The position numbers and the translations under genes were made by a program. From NCBI GenBank assembly GCA_050298595.1, contig JBNKUM010000076.1, positions 64,001 to 128,000 on the forward strand: 64,000 nt of DNA, in the 5' to 3' direction. Origin of the DNA: Gammaproteobacteria bacterium. Its GTDB lineage: Bacteria > Pseudomonadota > Gammaproteobacteria > GCA-001735895. The notes below the pieces were generated by a model, which made no database searches, was not told the DNA's origin, and worked only from the letters and a program-made list of their open reading frames with translations. Positions 10,951-22,246 of the stretch are shown here, piece by piece; position 1 is the stretch's first letter; the number at the start of each line of letters is the position of its first letter.

Positions 10951-13900
10951 ATGACCCAAAAAAAGAAAGACGCGGACAAGCAAATGATCGAGGACGTAAT
11001 TACCTTAATGAAAAAACAGGTTAAGGCAAGCCAGCACGCCCTGATTGAGAAATTCATCCGCAAGTACTACTACGACACTGCAAAAGAAGACCTGGCAGAA
11101 AGTAAAGCTGCCAACCTGTATGGCGCAGCACTAAGTCACTGGAACTTTGCCCATACTCGCCAACTGGGCAACACTCTGGTACGTATATACAATCCTCAGT
11201 TTGAAAAACACGGCTGGCAATCCACCCACACAGTGGTTGAAATCGTGATTGACGACATGCCGTTTCTGGTCGACTCAGTTCGTATGGCGCTAAATGCACG
11301 CAACCTGACAACTCACCTGGTGATACATCCTGTTATCAATATCCAGCGCGATAACCATGGGCACATTGTTGACATACTGGAACACGACGTAGAACAGGAA
11401 GGCGCTCATGAAGAAGCATTCCTGCATGTAGAGGTTGATCGCCAGACAGAAAAAGACGTGCTTGAAGCGATTAGAAAAGACGTTGAATCAGTGCTGTCGG
11501 AAGTAACAATTTCGGTACAGGACTGGATGCCAATGTGCGGCCAGATGCAAAGCATTATCGACGAGATAAAAGCCAAACCCCCAGCTATAGATAACGAAGA
11601 ACTGATTCAGTCTCTCGCTTTTCTGGAATGGATCAGCAATAACCATTTTGCTTTTCTGGGCTATCGGGAATACCGACTCATTAACTCCAATGAACTGGTT
11701 TCAGTTGCTGATTCAGGGCTGGGGCTTTTGCGTAGTGAACTACCCGATCTAGCGTCAAAAAGTTTTGCATCTCTACCACTGGACATCCGAAAACTGGCAC
11801 ATGAAAAGCATCTGTTATTAATCACTAAGGCCAGTCGACGCAGTACCATACACCGCCCTGGATACCTTGATCATATTGGCATTAAACGCTTCGATGAGAA
11901 TGGAAATGTCATCGGCGAACGTCGCTTTCTGGGATTATATACAGCCGCTGCATACAATAACCGAGCGGCAGAAATACCACTGCTGCGCGAGAAAATGGCA
12001 TCAGTCATGAAACGGGCCGGTCACTTACGCGGCAGCCATGCAGCCAAAGCCCTGTTGAATATTATCGAGACCTTTCCGCGCGATCTATTGTTTCAAATCG
12101 ACAGTGATGAACTGTATCAAACCACCATGGGCATCCTGCATTTACAGGAACGCCAGCGCATCCGCCTGTTTATTCATCGCGACCTCTATGGACGCTTCTT
12201 CTCCTGCATGGTGTATGTGCCTAGAGAGTTATTCAATACCAAGGTGCGCAAGATAATCCACGGCATTCTGATGGAAAACCTGGGCGGCGAAGGTATTGAA
12301 TTTAATGTCCATTTAACCGACTCGATACTGGCGCGCCTGTATTTCGTGCTTCATGTATCTCCGGAATCAAACCCGGAATACGATATCGCCGACATTGAAA
12401 AACAGCTCAAGGAGGCTACACGCAACTGGGCGGACGATCTACATGATGCACTGATCGAAGGCTTTGGCGAAGAACTGGGCATGAAGTATTTTCGTCGCTA
12501 TGGAGATGCATTCCGTTCCGACTATATCGACCACTATTCACCGCGCACTGCCATCTACGACATCCAGCACATGGAAACCCTGATGGATGAATCCACACAG
12601 CTTGCGATGAGCCTGTATCGCCCGCTGGAAACTCCCGACGGTGTTCTTCGCTTCAAGCTATTCCACATGAATAGTCCCGTATCCCTGTCCGATGCCTTAC
12701 CGATGCTGGAAAACATGGGCCTAAAGGTAGAAGAGGAACACCCCAGTAAAGTCATACGCGCAGACGCATCACTGGTCTGGATGCACGATTTCAGTATGCA
12801 TTACCCATCAAACTGGCAGGTAGAGCTGGATCAGGTACGAGAAAAATTTCAGCAAACCTTCATCAGAATATGGCGCGGCGAGATTGAGAACGATGGCTTT
12901 AATCGCCTGGTATTACGCTCCGAGCTTGACTGGTGCGAAATCGTCATGCTACGCGCCTATAGTCGCTACCTGCATCAGGCTGGCACACCCTTTAGTGCCG
13001 AGTACATTGAACGCGCGCTGTCATTCAACCATGACATAACAGCACTACTGGTCAAACTATTCCATGCCCGCTTCGATCCGCAGCATCATGAAAACTCTGC
13101 CGTCGTATGCAACGAGCTGGTCAACGAGATTGAACACCTGCTGGAAGACGTTGTGAGTCTGGATGAAGATCGCATACTGAGAAACTTCCTCTGCCTGATT
13201 CAGGCCACTCTGCGTACCAACTATTATCAGCTACAGCAAGATGGATCACCCAAATCGTATGTATCGTTTAAGTTCGACCCGGCGCTGGTACCCGATCTGC
13301 CAGAGCCACGCCCAATGTATGAAATCTTCGTTTACTCTCCCCGTGTGGAAGGTGTACATTTAAGAGGCGGACCGGTAGCTCGCGGTGGATTACGCTGGTC
13401 TGATCGCCGGGAAGATTTTCGTACCGAAGTACTGGGGCTGGTAAAGGCGCAAATGGTCAAGAATGCGGTCATCGTTCCGGTAGGGTCTAAGGGAGGTTTT
13501 TTCCCCAAACACTTAGGTGTCATGCTAGACCGTGAAGCGATACAGGCCGAAGGTATAGCCTGTTATAAAACCTTTATTCGCGGCATGCTGGATATCACCG
13601 ATAATCTGATCAGCGGCGAGATACAACCTCCGCCGCAGGTGGTACGCTATGACGGCGACGACCCTTATCTGGTGGTTGCAGCGGATAAGGGCACTGCCAC
13701 CTTTTCCGACATCGCCAATTCCATATCAGCCGAATACAACTTCTGGCTGGGTGATGCCTTTGCCTCAGGTGGCTCACAGGGATACGACCATAAAGCCATG
13801 GGCATCACCGCAAAAGGTGCCTGGGAATCGGTAAAACGACATTTCAGAGAGCTAGGGCTGGATACCCAGACCGAAGCTTTTACTGTTTTAGGTATCGGCG

Positions 13901-15855
13901 ATATGGCTGGTGATGTATTTGGCAATGGCATGCTGTTATCGCGCAAAATCAAGCTGGTCGCTGCATTTAATCATATGCATATCTTTATTGATCCTGACCC
14001 CGATCCTGAAACCAGTTTTGTGGAACGTGAAAGACTATTTAATCTGCCTCGCTCCAGCTGGGAAGACTACGACAGTAAACTCATCTCGAAAGGTGGCGGT
14101 ATATATTCCCGCTCATCCAAGTCTATCTCATTGACTAAAGAAGCACGTGCTTTGCTGAACACCAAAAAAGATAAAATGACACCAACCGAATTGATCAAAA
14201 CCATGCTCAAAGCCCCGGTTGATCTATTATGGAACGGCGGCATAGGCACCTATGTAAAATCCTCTCATGAACAACATAGTGATGCAGGTGATCGTAACAA
14301 TGATGCACTACGAGTAGATGCCACAGAGCTTGGCTGTCGTGTAGTTGGTGAAGGCGGCAATCTGGGGGTTACACAACTAGGCAGGATTGAATTCGCCTCA
14401 AAAGGCGGGCGTATTAATACCGATGCGATTGATAATTCCGCCGGGGTAGACTGCTCGGATCACGAAGTAAATATAAAAATCCTGCTGAATGCTGTGGTTC
14501 AGAATCAGGATATGACCGAAAAACAACGCAACCAGCAACTTGCCAAAATGACCGACGAGGTAGGCGAACTGGTATTGCGTGACAATTACCTGCAAACTCA
14601 GGCCTTAAGCATAGCCCTGAGTCAAACCGTGCCATTGCTGGATGTGCATGCTCGCCTGATCAGACAGATGGAACTGGATGGGGAACTGGATCGCAGCATT
14701 GAGTTTCTACCCGGCAAGGAAGAAATCGATGAGCGCATGTCGTTGAACAAAGGATTAACCGCGCCCGAACTTAGTGTATTGCTGGCGTATGTGAAAATAC
14801 ATTTATTCCAGCATTTACTGACTTCTGATCTACCGGACGAGGAGTATTTCGCCTCCTTACTGATAGAATACTTCCCTACCCCACTACGCAAGCGCTTTGA
14901 GCAATTAATGCCATCGCATCGTCTGTGCAGGGAAATCATCAGTACCGTGGTCGCCAATGAAATGGTCAATCGCGCTGGAATTTCATTTGCCTTCCGCCTC
15001 AAGGAAGAAACCGGCGCCAATGCCGAAAGCATTGCACGAGCATTCAGCGTAGCGCGTGAAATCTTTGCCATGCCATCCATATGGCAACAAATAGAAAGTC
15101 TGGATAATATCGTTCCTGCACAAACCCAGATCTCAATGCTACTGGAAACCCGAAAGCTGGTGGAACGTGCCTCACGCTGGTTGCTGCGCAACCGCTCTCG
15201 ACCTATCGATATCAGCAGCAACATCAGCTATTTCACCCAGGGCATTCATACCCTGAGCATTGCACTACCTGATTTGCTCGGCACATCCAGTAAGCAGGAC
15301 ATGCTACAAACCATCGAGCGACTGATTTCTGAACAGGTACCCGCTGAGCTAGCACAAAGTGTTTCACTATTGACCGAGCTACTAGCCTCACTGGATATAG
15401 TTGAAGTCGCTAATGGACTCAACCTGTCCGTTGAACAGGTAGCCTCTGTGTATTACAAACTGGGTGATCAACTGGAGCTTCCATGGCTGCACCATCAGAT
15501 AGTCAGCCTGCCACGCAATAACCGCTGGCAAGCTATGTCGCGCGCAGCACTGCGAGATGATATCTATAGCCAGCACCGTCAACTCACACGCGATGTGCTA
15601 TTGCATGGCGACAGCCAGGACGATGCTGAACATCTGGTACAGGAATGGATGATTAGCAATGCTGACGCCATAGATCGCTGTCGCCAGATACTGTCTGATT
15701 TAAAAACAGCAGGTAAGGCTGACTTCGCCATGCTGCCGGTTGCGATGCGAGAGATAAGAGGATTGAGTCTGATCGGTAATACGGAATCGGTTACAGAACC
15801 CCCACATGCTGAATCGAAAAAGACGACCGCTAAAACTAAACCTGGTAAAAAATAG
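10951..15855 (+). CDS. gdhB: Large NAD-specific glutamate dehydrogenase
   Basis: About 1630 aa; RGGLRWSDR, VPVGSKGGF, AADKGTATFSD and GIGDMAGDVFGNG motifs. Confidence 0.95.
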   Translation: MTQKKKDADKQMIEDVITLMKKQVKASQHALIEKFIRKYYYDTAKEDLAESKAANLYGAALSHWNFAHTRQLGNTLVRIYNPQFEKHGWQSTHTVVEIVIDDMPFLVDSVRMALNARNLTTHLVIHPVINIQRDNHGHIVDILEHDVEQEGAHEEAFLHVEVDRQTEKDVLEAIRKDVESVLSEVTISVQDWMPMCGQMQSIIDEIKAKPPAIDNEELIQSLAFLEWISNNHFAFLGYREYRLINSNELVSVADSGLGLLRSELPDLASKSFASLPLDIRKLAHEKHLLLITKASRRSTIHRPGYLDHIGIKRFDENGNVIGERRFLGLYTAAAYNNRAAEIPLLREKMASVMKRAGHLRGSHAAKALLNIIETFPRDLLFQIDSDELYQTTMGILHLQERQRIRLFIHRDLYGRFFSCMVYVPRELFNTKVRKIIHGILMENLGGEGIEFNVHLTDSILARLYFVLHVSPESNPEYDIADIEKQLKEATRNWADDLHDALIEGFGEELGMKYFRRYGDAFRSDYIDHYSPRTAIYDIQHMETLMDESTQLAMSLYRPLETPDGVLRFKLFHMNSPVSLSDALPMLENMGLKVEEEHPSKVIRADASLVWMHDFSMHYPSNWQVELDQVREKFQQTFIRIWRGEIENDGFNRLVLRSELDWCEIVMLRAYSRYLHQAGTPFSAEYIERALSFNHDITALLVKLFHARFDPQHHENSAVVCNELVNEIEHLLEDVVSLDEDRILRNFLCLIQATLRTNYYQLQQDGSPKSYVSFKFDPALVPDLPEPRPMYEIFVYSPRVEGVHLRGGPVARGGLRWSDRREDFRTEVLGLVKAQMVKNAVIVPVGSKGGFFPKHLGVMLDREAIQAEGIACYKTFIRGMLDITDNLISGEIQPPPQVVRYDGDDPYLVVAADKGTATFSDIANSISAEYNFWLGDAFASGGSQGYDHKAMGITAKGAWESVKRHFRELGLDTQTEAFTVLGIGDMAGDVFGNGMLLSRKIKLVAAFNHMHIFIDPDPDPETSFVERERLFNLPRSSWEDYDSKLISKGGGIYSRSSKSISLTKEARALLNTKKDKMTPTELIKTMLKAPVDLLWNGGIGTYVKSSHEQHSDAGDRNNDALRVDATELGCRVVGEGGNLGVTQLGRIEFASKGGRINTDAIDNSAGVDCSDHEVNIKILLNAVVQNQDMTEKQRNQQLAKMTDEVGELVLRDNYLQTQALSIALSQTVPLLDVHARLIRQMELDGELDRSIEFLPGKEEIDERMSLNKGLTAPELSVLLAYVKIHLFQHLLTSDLPDEEYFASLLIEYFPTPLRKRFEQLMPSHRLCREIISTVVANEMVNRAGISFAFRLKEETGANAESIARAFSVAREIFAMPSIWQQIESLDNIVPAQTQISMLLETRKLVERASRWLLRNRSRPIDISSNISYFTQGIHTLSIALPDLLGTSSKQDMLQTIERLISEQVPAELAQSVSLLTELLASLDIVEVANGLNLSVEQVASVYYKLGDQLELPWLHHQIVSLPRNNRWQAMSRAALRDDIYSQHRQLTRDVLLHGDSQDDAEHLVQEWMISNADAIDRCRQILSDLKTAGKADFAMLPVAMREIRGLSLIGNTESVTEPPHAESKKTTAKTKPGKK

Positions 15856-15870
15856 CTATAGGTGAAAAAT

Positions 15871-15902
15871 CCAGCCTGGCCGTCCAAAGCCAGGCTGGCT
15901 TT
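15871..15902. terminator. Hairpin terminator between convergent genes
   Basis: CCAGCCTGGC-N8-GCCAGGCTGG followed by a short T run. Confidence 0.65.
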
Positions 15903-15966
15903 ACAGACATTGACCGCCATTCTGAATGGATGCAGCTAATGGCTGCCCCCCCTGTTATTTCTTATC

Positions 15967-17661
15967 TCAGGCTGACGTCAATTGCTCCCCATCACCTCTG
16001 AGCTTATTGACAGCCAGCACCGCCTGATTCTTGCCCTGGGCCTTGGCCTGATAGAGCGCTTCATCAGCCTCCCGCAAAAGATCTTCACCTTCGCGCCCAT
16101 GTACCGGGTAGATAGCCATACCCACAGAGATACTCATGCTGCCAACGTTGGCATCCATTATATCCAGAGTGAGGCGACGCACCCGTTCACACAGCCGCGC
16201 GCCCAGTTCCTTCACACTCTTCTCATCCAGATCAGGACAGACCAGGCAGAACTCTTCTCCACCGTAGCGACTAAGAGTATCTTCAATGCGGATGCATAGT
16301 TTCATCTCGCTGGCCACCTGTTTTAGCACTGTATCTCCCAGATCATGGCCGTAGGTATCATTAAAGAGCTTAAAATCATCGATATCAATCATAAGAACAC
16401 AGGCCGTGGACTTGTTACGAGCGGCTCGCCCGATAATCTGAAACAGAGACTCCATCATATAGCGCCGGTTGAACAATCCGGTAAGGGGATCACGGATCGC
16501 CTGTTGTCGTAAATCTACACGTAACTGCAAACTGGCCAGAATAATGGACATCTGCTCAGCCAGTGTCTGCGCCATCTTGATATCCTCGGCTCGCCAGTCT
16601 GGCGCATCGGTAAGAATGGTAAAGGTCCCCAGGCTTTCGCCCTGTGCCACAAGGGGAATACACAGGCTTTGGGAGAAGGACTGGGATTCCAGGTGCTGGC
16701 ACAGCATTCTCAGATCATCTTCGTTGGAACGATGACTACGTCCCTTGCGCATAGCCCAGCATTGATCGGGGGCAAACTGCTCTGCACCCTCCCATGTCTC
16801 ACCCCAACTGACCAGTAACTCTTCCATATTACGCGAGGCCTTGGTGATATAAACCCCACCACTGGTTCCCGGGAGGATACGCTCGACGATGAGCTGGATT
16901 ACATCGCCAGCCTCCTGCATGCTGCTGCAGGCACCCAAAGAACTACCAAGCCGCTGCAGCATAGCGATATCCTGGGTGCGATTTTCCACCTCAAACTCCA
17001 GTGCTTCGGTGGCCTCGGATAGTTGGCGTGACAGCTGCCCGGACTGCAGTACTCCGACCCCCAGGATGGAGAAGATGCCCAGGATGGCAACAACAACAAA
17101 GGCAAGCTGGATTGGATACAATTGCTTGCCCACAGCCTCCATATCTATAGCCGCACGCACCACATGGAAAAGGCGTGGAGCCTCTTCTTCATGCGAGCTG
17201 TCTGCATGCGGTTTGTCGATGTGGTCTACGGCACCCCTCAGTCTTACCGCAACATAGAGCATTTCATTATCCAGAGAGGCGCCAGGGCGTTGAGCTATGC
17301 CCAAATCTGTGTTCAAAGCTGCCTGAACCTCTGGTCGATGAAGATGGTTGTCCATCTTGCTCAGCTGCGTAACCGATATCGCCGAATCACCAACAATCAG
17401 ACCATCGGACCTGATGATGCTAATTCTCCTGTTGCTAGATCTCCCCAACTCATCCGCCACCGCATCCATATCATGGATATCATCATTGACGCCATGCAGC
17501 GAAATAGCGAAGGCCGCTGTATTAGCAGAATGGGTCAGGTCTTCCAGTATGTGGCCTCGAACCTGATTGGTGACATAATAGTCAAGGGCATACAGCAGCA
17601 CAGCAGTCACGCAGATTACTGCCAGGGTGGGAGTGACCGCCAGTCTGAACCGCATATCCAT
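15967..17661 (-). CDS. Sensor (Cache-like)-GAF-GGDEF diguanylate cyclase
   Basis: Two TMs, NHLHRPEV sensor motif, CWAMRKG GAF, RIED I-site, RYGGEEF. Confidence 0.9.
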   Translation of the reverse strand: MDMRFRLAVTPTLAVICVTAVLLYALDYYVTNQVRGHILEDLTHSANTAAFAISLHGVNDDIHDMDAVADELGRSSNRRISIIRSDGLIVGDSAISVTQLSKMDNHLHRPEVQAALNTDLGIAQRPGASLDNEMLYVAVRLRGAVDHIDKPHADSSHEEEAPRLFHVVRAAIDMEAVGKQLYPIQLAFVVVAILGIFSILGVGVLQSGQLSRQLSEATEALEFEVENRTQDIAMLQRLGSSLGACSSMQEAGDVIQLIVERILPGTSGGVYITKASRNMEELLVSWGETWEGAEQFAPDQCWAMRKGRSHRSNEDDLRMLCQHLESQSFSQSLCIPLVAQGESLGTFTILTDAPDWRAEDIKMAQTLAEQMSIILASLQLRVDLRQQAIRDPLTGLFNRRYMMESLFQIIGRAARNKSTACVLMIDIDDFKLFNDTYGHDLGDTVLKQVASEMKLCIRIEDTLSRYGGEEFCLVCPDLDEKSVKELGARLCERVRRLTLDIMDANVGSMSISVGMAIYPVHGREGEDLLREADEALYQAKAQGKNQAVLAVNKLRGDGEQLTSA

Positions 17662-18160
17662 ATCGATTTTCCCTCAACTTTTATGAAATGATTCTAGGCC
17701 TTTATTAGGGCCAGCAGACTGAAATATGGACCGCTACCAGCAAAATATCAAGGGGCGTGACTGTCCTTTGTTTATCAGGCTTTTAGTTTCACAGGAGTAT
17801 AGAAAGGATCGCAATAGCGTTACTTGTCAATCACACTTCATAAGGAGTCAGACTCCATACACGTTAATAGCTGCCGATTAAAAACCGTTAGTGTTTTTCA
17901 TGGTCATGCTTTAAGCGCTCGGCTATCCCGTCCTGTTTGCTGGTAACTGACTCAACTAACCCGTTAAATAGTACAACGACAGCAAGTAACTGATGCTTAT
18001 CGAGCTTCTAAACCCGATTACGGCGCGAAGGGTCAGTCATTAGATTTATGATCAGGAAGTTTTTTTATCACTCCTATACTTCTCTCGTTTATCTATACTA
18101 AGTGGTAAATATATTGAAGGATGGAATGGACGTGAGAAAAATGAATATCTGGAGGATATT

Positions 18161-19996
18161 TTGGAAATACTGGATGTAATCAGGGTTATCAGCTTCAGAT
18201 CAAGCCTGTTCGTACGTATTTTCTCCACCACTGTGGTGGTTATCTGCGTGTTATTCGCGATCATGTATGTACTGGCTGTCCCATTCATCCAGACTACCGT
18301 GGGAGGGATCGAGAAGAACGAGGCGCACACCATTTTGAATGGTGTCTACTCGATGGTGGAACAAACCCATCTGGATATCGAAGATTATCGCCACTCCATC
18401 GTTCTGGAACGCAAGGAGCAACTTCGCAACATTATTTCAGTAGCCGAAGCGCGCACTACAATTCTCGAAGCCCAGGTGCACAGTGGGGAACTCAGCAGGA
18501 CGCAGGCCATCAAGATATTGCTGAATGAACTGCGCCACATCAAATATGGTCACGACGATTACATCTGGGCGGCGAATTACCATTCCGTACTAATCTCACA
18601 TCCAGACCCGAAGTTGAACTATGCTGACTTCTCAAACGAGCGGGATTTTCACGGCAATCTGATTGTGCCTCCTATGGTAGCGGGGGCCAGGACTATCGGG
18701 GAAGGTTTTCACTCCTACTGGTGGCGTCGACTGGGTGAACAGCAACCTATTGAGAAACTCAGCTACTACAGGCACATCCCGTTCTTTGATCTGGTTATAG
18801 GCACAGGTGTCTATATGGACGACATAGAAAACACCGTGAGCCTCAAGCGAAACCTTGCAGTCGAGGAGCTGCGTCATCAGTTACGCAACACCCATATCGC
18901 CAGAACCGGCTATGTCTATATCTTTGATGGGAACAAGAACATGGTCATCCATCCCAACCCCAACATCGAAGGCAAGGATTTCTCCGAACAGCTCAATCCG
19001 TCCACGCAACAGCCGATCGGCCAGCAATTGATGTTGTATGCCGACAAAAAGGATGGAATGCGCTACCTGTGGGACCGCCCTTCCGATCCCGGAAACTATA
19101 TATACGACAAGATTTCCTGGGTGCGCTATTTCAAGGAATTTGACTGGTACATCTGCAGCTCAGTGTATGTCGGCGAGCTTGATGAAAGCGCGCTCATTCT
19201 GAAAAACCGGGTGTTGGCGATATTTGCAACTACCCTGATATTTTCCTTCCTGCTGGTGTATATGTTTGTGAAGAAACTGACGACTCCATTACACCAATTG
19301 GGCGATACTGCATTGCGAGTGGAAAACGGTGATCTTGATGCGCGCTGCGATGTGAACCGGAGCGATGAGATAGGCGTTGTGGTGACAGCATTTAATGGCA
19401 TGGTAGATCGCCTGCAGGATAACATCATGCATCTTGATGCCAAGGTCGTGGAGCGTACCAATGAACTTCAAATACTAAATGGTAAGCTCGAAGCATTGAG
19501 TTCGACAGACGGATTAACGGGCATCGCAAACCGCCGACATTTTGATAAGGTGCTATCGAGTGAGTGGAGCCGCGCGGCGCGCCTGGGGCAGCCTCTGGCA
19601 CTGGCAATGCTTGATATAGACTGGTTCAAAAAATACAACGATCATTATGGACACCTGGCGGGCGATGAATGCCTGCGCAGTGTTGCCAGCTTCTTTACTT
19701 CCAACATCAGCCGCAACAGCGATCTGGTTGCGCGCTATGGCGGAGAGGAATTCGCTTTTATTGTGCCTGCAACTGACGGGAGTAGAGCACTGAGTATGGC
19801 GCGAAAAGTTTGCGAAGCACTTTATGCATTAGCACTCCCGCACGAACTGTCCCCCTATGCAAGTGTAACCGTGAGCATCGGTATCGCGGCAATGGTTCCA
19901 CAAAAAATAGATGCTCCGAATATTTTATTGAAGGCAGCAGACGAGGCACTGTACCGAGCCAAGGAGCAGGGACGCAATCAGGCTGTACTCGCATAG
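18161..19996 (+). CDS. Double-Cache/HAMP/GGDEF diguanylate cyclase
   Basis: Two Cache_2-like repeats (DYIW..HP; GYVYI..HP), HAMP (DEIG..FN.M), RYGGEEF. Confidence 0.9.
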   Translation: MEILDVIRVISFRSSLFVRIFSTTVVVICVLFAIMYVLAVPFIQTTVGGIEKNEAHTILNGVYSMVEQTHLDIEDYRHSIVLERKEQLRNIISVAEARTTILEAQVHSGELSRTQAIKILLNELRHIKYGHDDYIWAANYHSVLISHPDPKLNYADFSNERDFHGNLIVPPMVAGARTIGEGFHSYWWRRLGEQQPIEKLSYYRHIPFFDLVIGTGVYMDDIENTVSLKRNLAVEELRHQLRNTHIARTGYVYIFDGNKNMVIHPNPNIEGKDFSEQLNPSTQQPIGQQLMLYADKKDGMRYLWDRPSDPGNYIYDKISWVRYFKEFDWYICSSVYVGELDESALILKNRVLAIFATTLIFSFLLVYMFVKKLTTPLHQLGDTALRVENGDLDARCDVNRSDEIGVVVTAFNGMVDRLQDNIMHLDAKVVERTNELQILNGKLEALSSTDGLTGIANRRHFDKVLSSEWSRAARLGQPLALAMLDIDWFKKYNDHYGHLAGDECLRSVASFFTSNISRNSDLVARYGGEEFAFIVPATDGSRALSMARKVCEALYALALPHELSPYASVTVSIGIAAMVPQKIDAPNILLKAADEALYRAKEQGRNQAVLA

Positions 19997-20016
19997 CTAT
20001 AGAGTGAAGTTATAAT

Positions 20017-20847
20017 CTACGCCCTCATCAAGCGCAAATAATTCCCCATCAACATCAATATACCCCCGATCAACAGCGAGATTTCAAACGCTTCGTTGTA
20101 AAGCAAGACACCCACCAGAGCTATCAGCGGAAGACGCAGGAAATCTATCGTAACAATTAACGTTACCTCTGCATATTGCATGGCCTTTGCCATGCAGAAA
20201 TGCGCCGATATTGCGCTTAGTCCGATGGTGACAAGCCAGACCCATTGCAGCTGATCGGGCCATTGCCAGTCTGCCAGCGATAGCAGCAGCCCTATGGGTA
20301 ACTGGACTATGCACATAAAGAAGATGACCGTTAGTGGCTTCTCGCTGCTGGAAAGCTGCTTGGTAGTCGAATGCACAACGGCAAAACAGAGTGCGGCACC
20401 GAGTACTATCAGCGAAGCCGAATTAATGATAGCAAATCCCGGCTTGACGATGACCAGCACCCCAATCATACCGAGAATTATCGCAGCCACTTTCCTGGGT
20501 GTTATCTTCTCATTTAGAAATAGCGCTGCAATTATCAGGGTCCATAAGGGGACCGTGAATTCGAGTGCAAATACCTCGGCCAGTGGCAATACTCCTATCC
20601 CCACAAACCAGCCATATTGACCAATAAAATGAAAAACATTTCTGAACACATGCAGGCCAATACGTTTTGAATAAACCTGATCACCTTTATTACGCAGGTA
20701 CATGATCAGGCCTATAACAATCAGGCCAAATAGACTGCGAAAAAACAACGTTTGATAGATGGATAATTCACCGCTTAACTCTCTGGCCCCTATAGCCAGT
20801 AAACTAAAAGACAGCAGTGCCGCACACATCCATAGCAATGCCTTCAT
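20017..20847 (-). CDS. DMT/EamA family transporter
   Basis: About 10 TMs; FTVPLW..LFLNEK and GVLVIVKPG motifs. Confidence 0.88.
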   Translation of the reverse strand: MKALLWMCAALLSFSLLAIGARELSGELSIYQTLFFRSLFGLIVIGLIMYLRNKGDQVYSKRIGLHVFRNVFHFIGQYGWFVGIGVLPLAEVFALEFTVPLWTLIIAALFLNEKITPRKVAAIILGMIGVLVIVKPGFAIINSASLIVLGAALCFAVVHSTTKQLSSSEKPLTVIFFMCIVQLPIGLLLSLADWQWPDQLQWVWLVTIGLSAISAHFCMAKAMQYAEVTLIVTIDFLRLPLIALVGVLLYNEAFEISLLIGGILMLMGNYLRLMRA

Positions 20848-20915
20848 TCAGTAATGCTCATTTCACCGAAACTATCCTTTATCATTTCATTCACAGACAT
20901 TATCTGATGACTACC

Positions 20916-21611
20916 TTAATTTATTTTCAATTCCTGACCCGGCTGTATGGTATCGCTGCTCAGCCCATTAAGCGATTTTATGGTTGCAACCGGTATACCC
21001 AGCGTGCGCGATATCTTCCACAACGAATCACTCGCTTTAACTTTATAGGTTGCAGGTATCAATAAAGGCGAACTATCATTCTGCGCACTATCTGCATCTT
21101 CATCATCATGGATTTTATACTCGATTAAAAACTGAGCCACATCGAAACAGGGGCAGGCCTTGGCGGGTGCGCCTGTTAATCGAATCAAATCTCTATGTCC
21201 CAGTATGGTTACCCTGTCAGGCGTTTCGTGAGAGGCGAGAAATTCTCGAATCAATCGCGCAAGCGTTTGATATTGCTTGCGTGTAAAGTTATCTTCCGGC
21301 CTGCCATTGGCATCCAGCCCACCGGCCAGACTCACTCCAAAACTGCGCTTATTCCAGCCGGGACCACAGCCCCCCACATGCGCACCTTTCTGATCTACCG
21401 CTCGGGTCGGAAACCCCTGATCGAACATTTCCAGTTTACCTTCACGCGTAATCACAGCGTGATAACCACAACCGCTCCAGCCGCGTTTTTTATGTTCCTC
21501 GTCCACCCATCTGGAATCGATATTTTTCTGACTTACCTTAGTCGCCGTACAATGTACGACCAGGTGATCATACGGGGTGATACGTGGATCGATTTTCTTG
21601 AAAATTGCCAT
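20916..21611 (-). CDS. N-acetylmuramoyl-L-alanine amidase (Amidase_2, T7-lysozyme-like) with C-terminal LysM
   Basis: VVHCTAT, GYH, GAHV, GHRD and KACPCFD motifs; LysM YKVKASDSLWKIS...IQPGQEL. Confidence 0.9.
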   Translation of the reverse strand: MAIFKKIDPRITPYDHLVVHCTATKVSQKNIDSRWVDEEHKKRGWSGCGYHAVITREGKLEMFDQGFPTRAVDQKGAHVGGCGPGWNKRSFGVSLAGGLDANGRPEDNFTRKQYQTLARLIREFLASHETPDRVTILGHRDLIRLTGAPAKACPCFDVAQFLIEYKIHDDEDADSAQNDSSPLLIPATYKVKASDSLWKISRTLGIPVATIKSLNGLSSDTIQPGQELKIN

Positions 21612-21665
21612 CGCTTTATCCCTGTTTTTTTTGACCGGAATACAGAGTAACCTAGCGCCTTTTAA

Positions 21666-22160
21666 ATGTTAAGCCTTACCATGATTGATATTCAAACCGC
21701 AAATCTTTCCAATCCCCTGCACGGACAGGCCATTGTGACTCTACTGGACGAGTACGCCAGGCACCCAATGGGAGGCGGTGAAGCGCTTCCCGAGTTTACG
21801 CGCAATAATCTGGCAAACGCGCTTGCCTCACGCACTGACTGTACAGTCATTCTTGCCTGGGATGGAGATCGCCCAGTTGGACTATGTAATTGCTTTGAGT
21901 GTTTTTCGACCTTTGCCTGCAAACCGATATTAAATATACACGACGTATATGTCGCAGAGGATTATCGAGGCCAGGGGATTGCCAGTCAGATGATGCAAAA
22001 AGCTGAGCAGCTTGCGCGTGCTAAGGGCTGTTGCAAACTGACTCTCGAAGTTCTTACACACAATAAAGCTGCCAAAGCATCCTATACTGCATCCGGCTAT
22101 GTACCCTACCAGCTTAACAGTGAATTCGGACAGGCTGAGTTTTGGCAAAAATCAATATAA
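21666..22160 (+). CDS. GNAT acetyltransferase
   Basis: NIHDVYV..YRGQGI and CKLTLEV motifs. Confidence 0.9.
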   Translation: MLSLTMIDIQTANLSNPLHGQAIVTLLDEYARHPMGGGEALPEFTRNNLANALASRTDCTVILAWDGDRPVGLCNCFECFSTFACKPILNIHDVYVAEDYRGQGIASQMMQKAEQLARAKGCCKLTLEVLTHNKAAKASYTASGYVPYQLNSEFGQAEFWQKSI

Positions 22161-22246
22161 GCTAGTCGCATCAGGATTAGACCAGACCTCACCGTGTGGC
22201 TATAATGCCGCACTTTTAGTAGCACTATAACAACGGTATCTACCCC

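Noticed and set aside
10725-15900. 12-bp CCAGCCTGGCCG-like match on both sides of gdhB
   Set aside because: It is short, and one copy is simply a terminator arm.
14622-17691. Long antisense ORFs inside gdhB and the GGDEF gene
   Set aside because: These are shadow frames of well-supported genes with no protein features.
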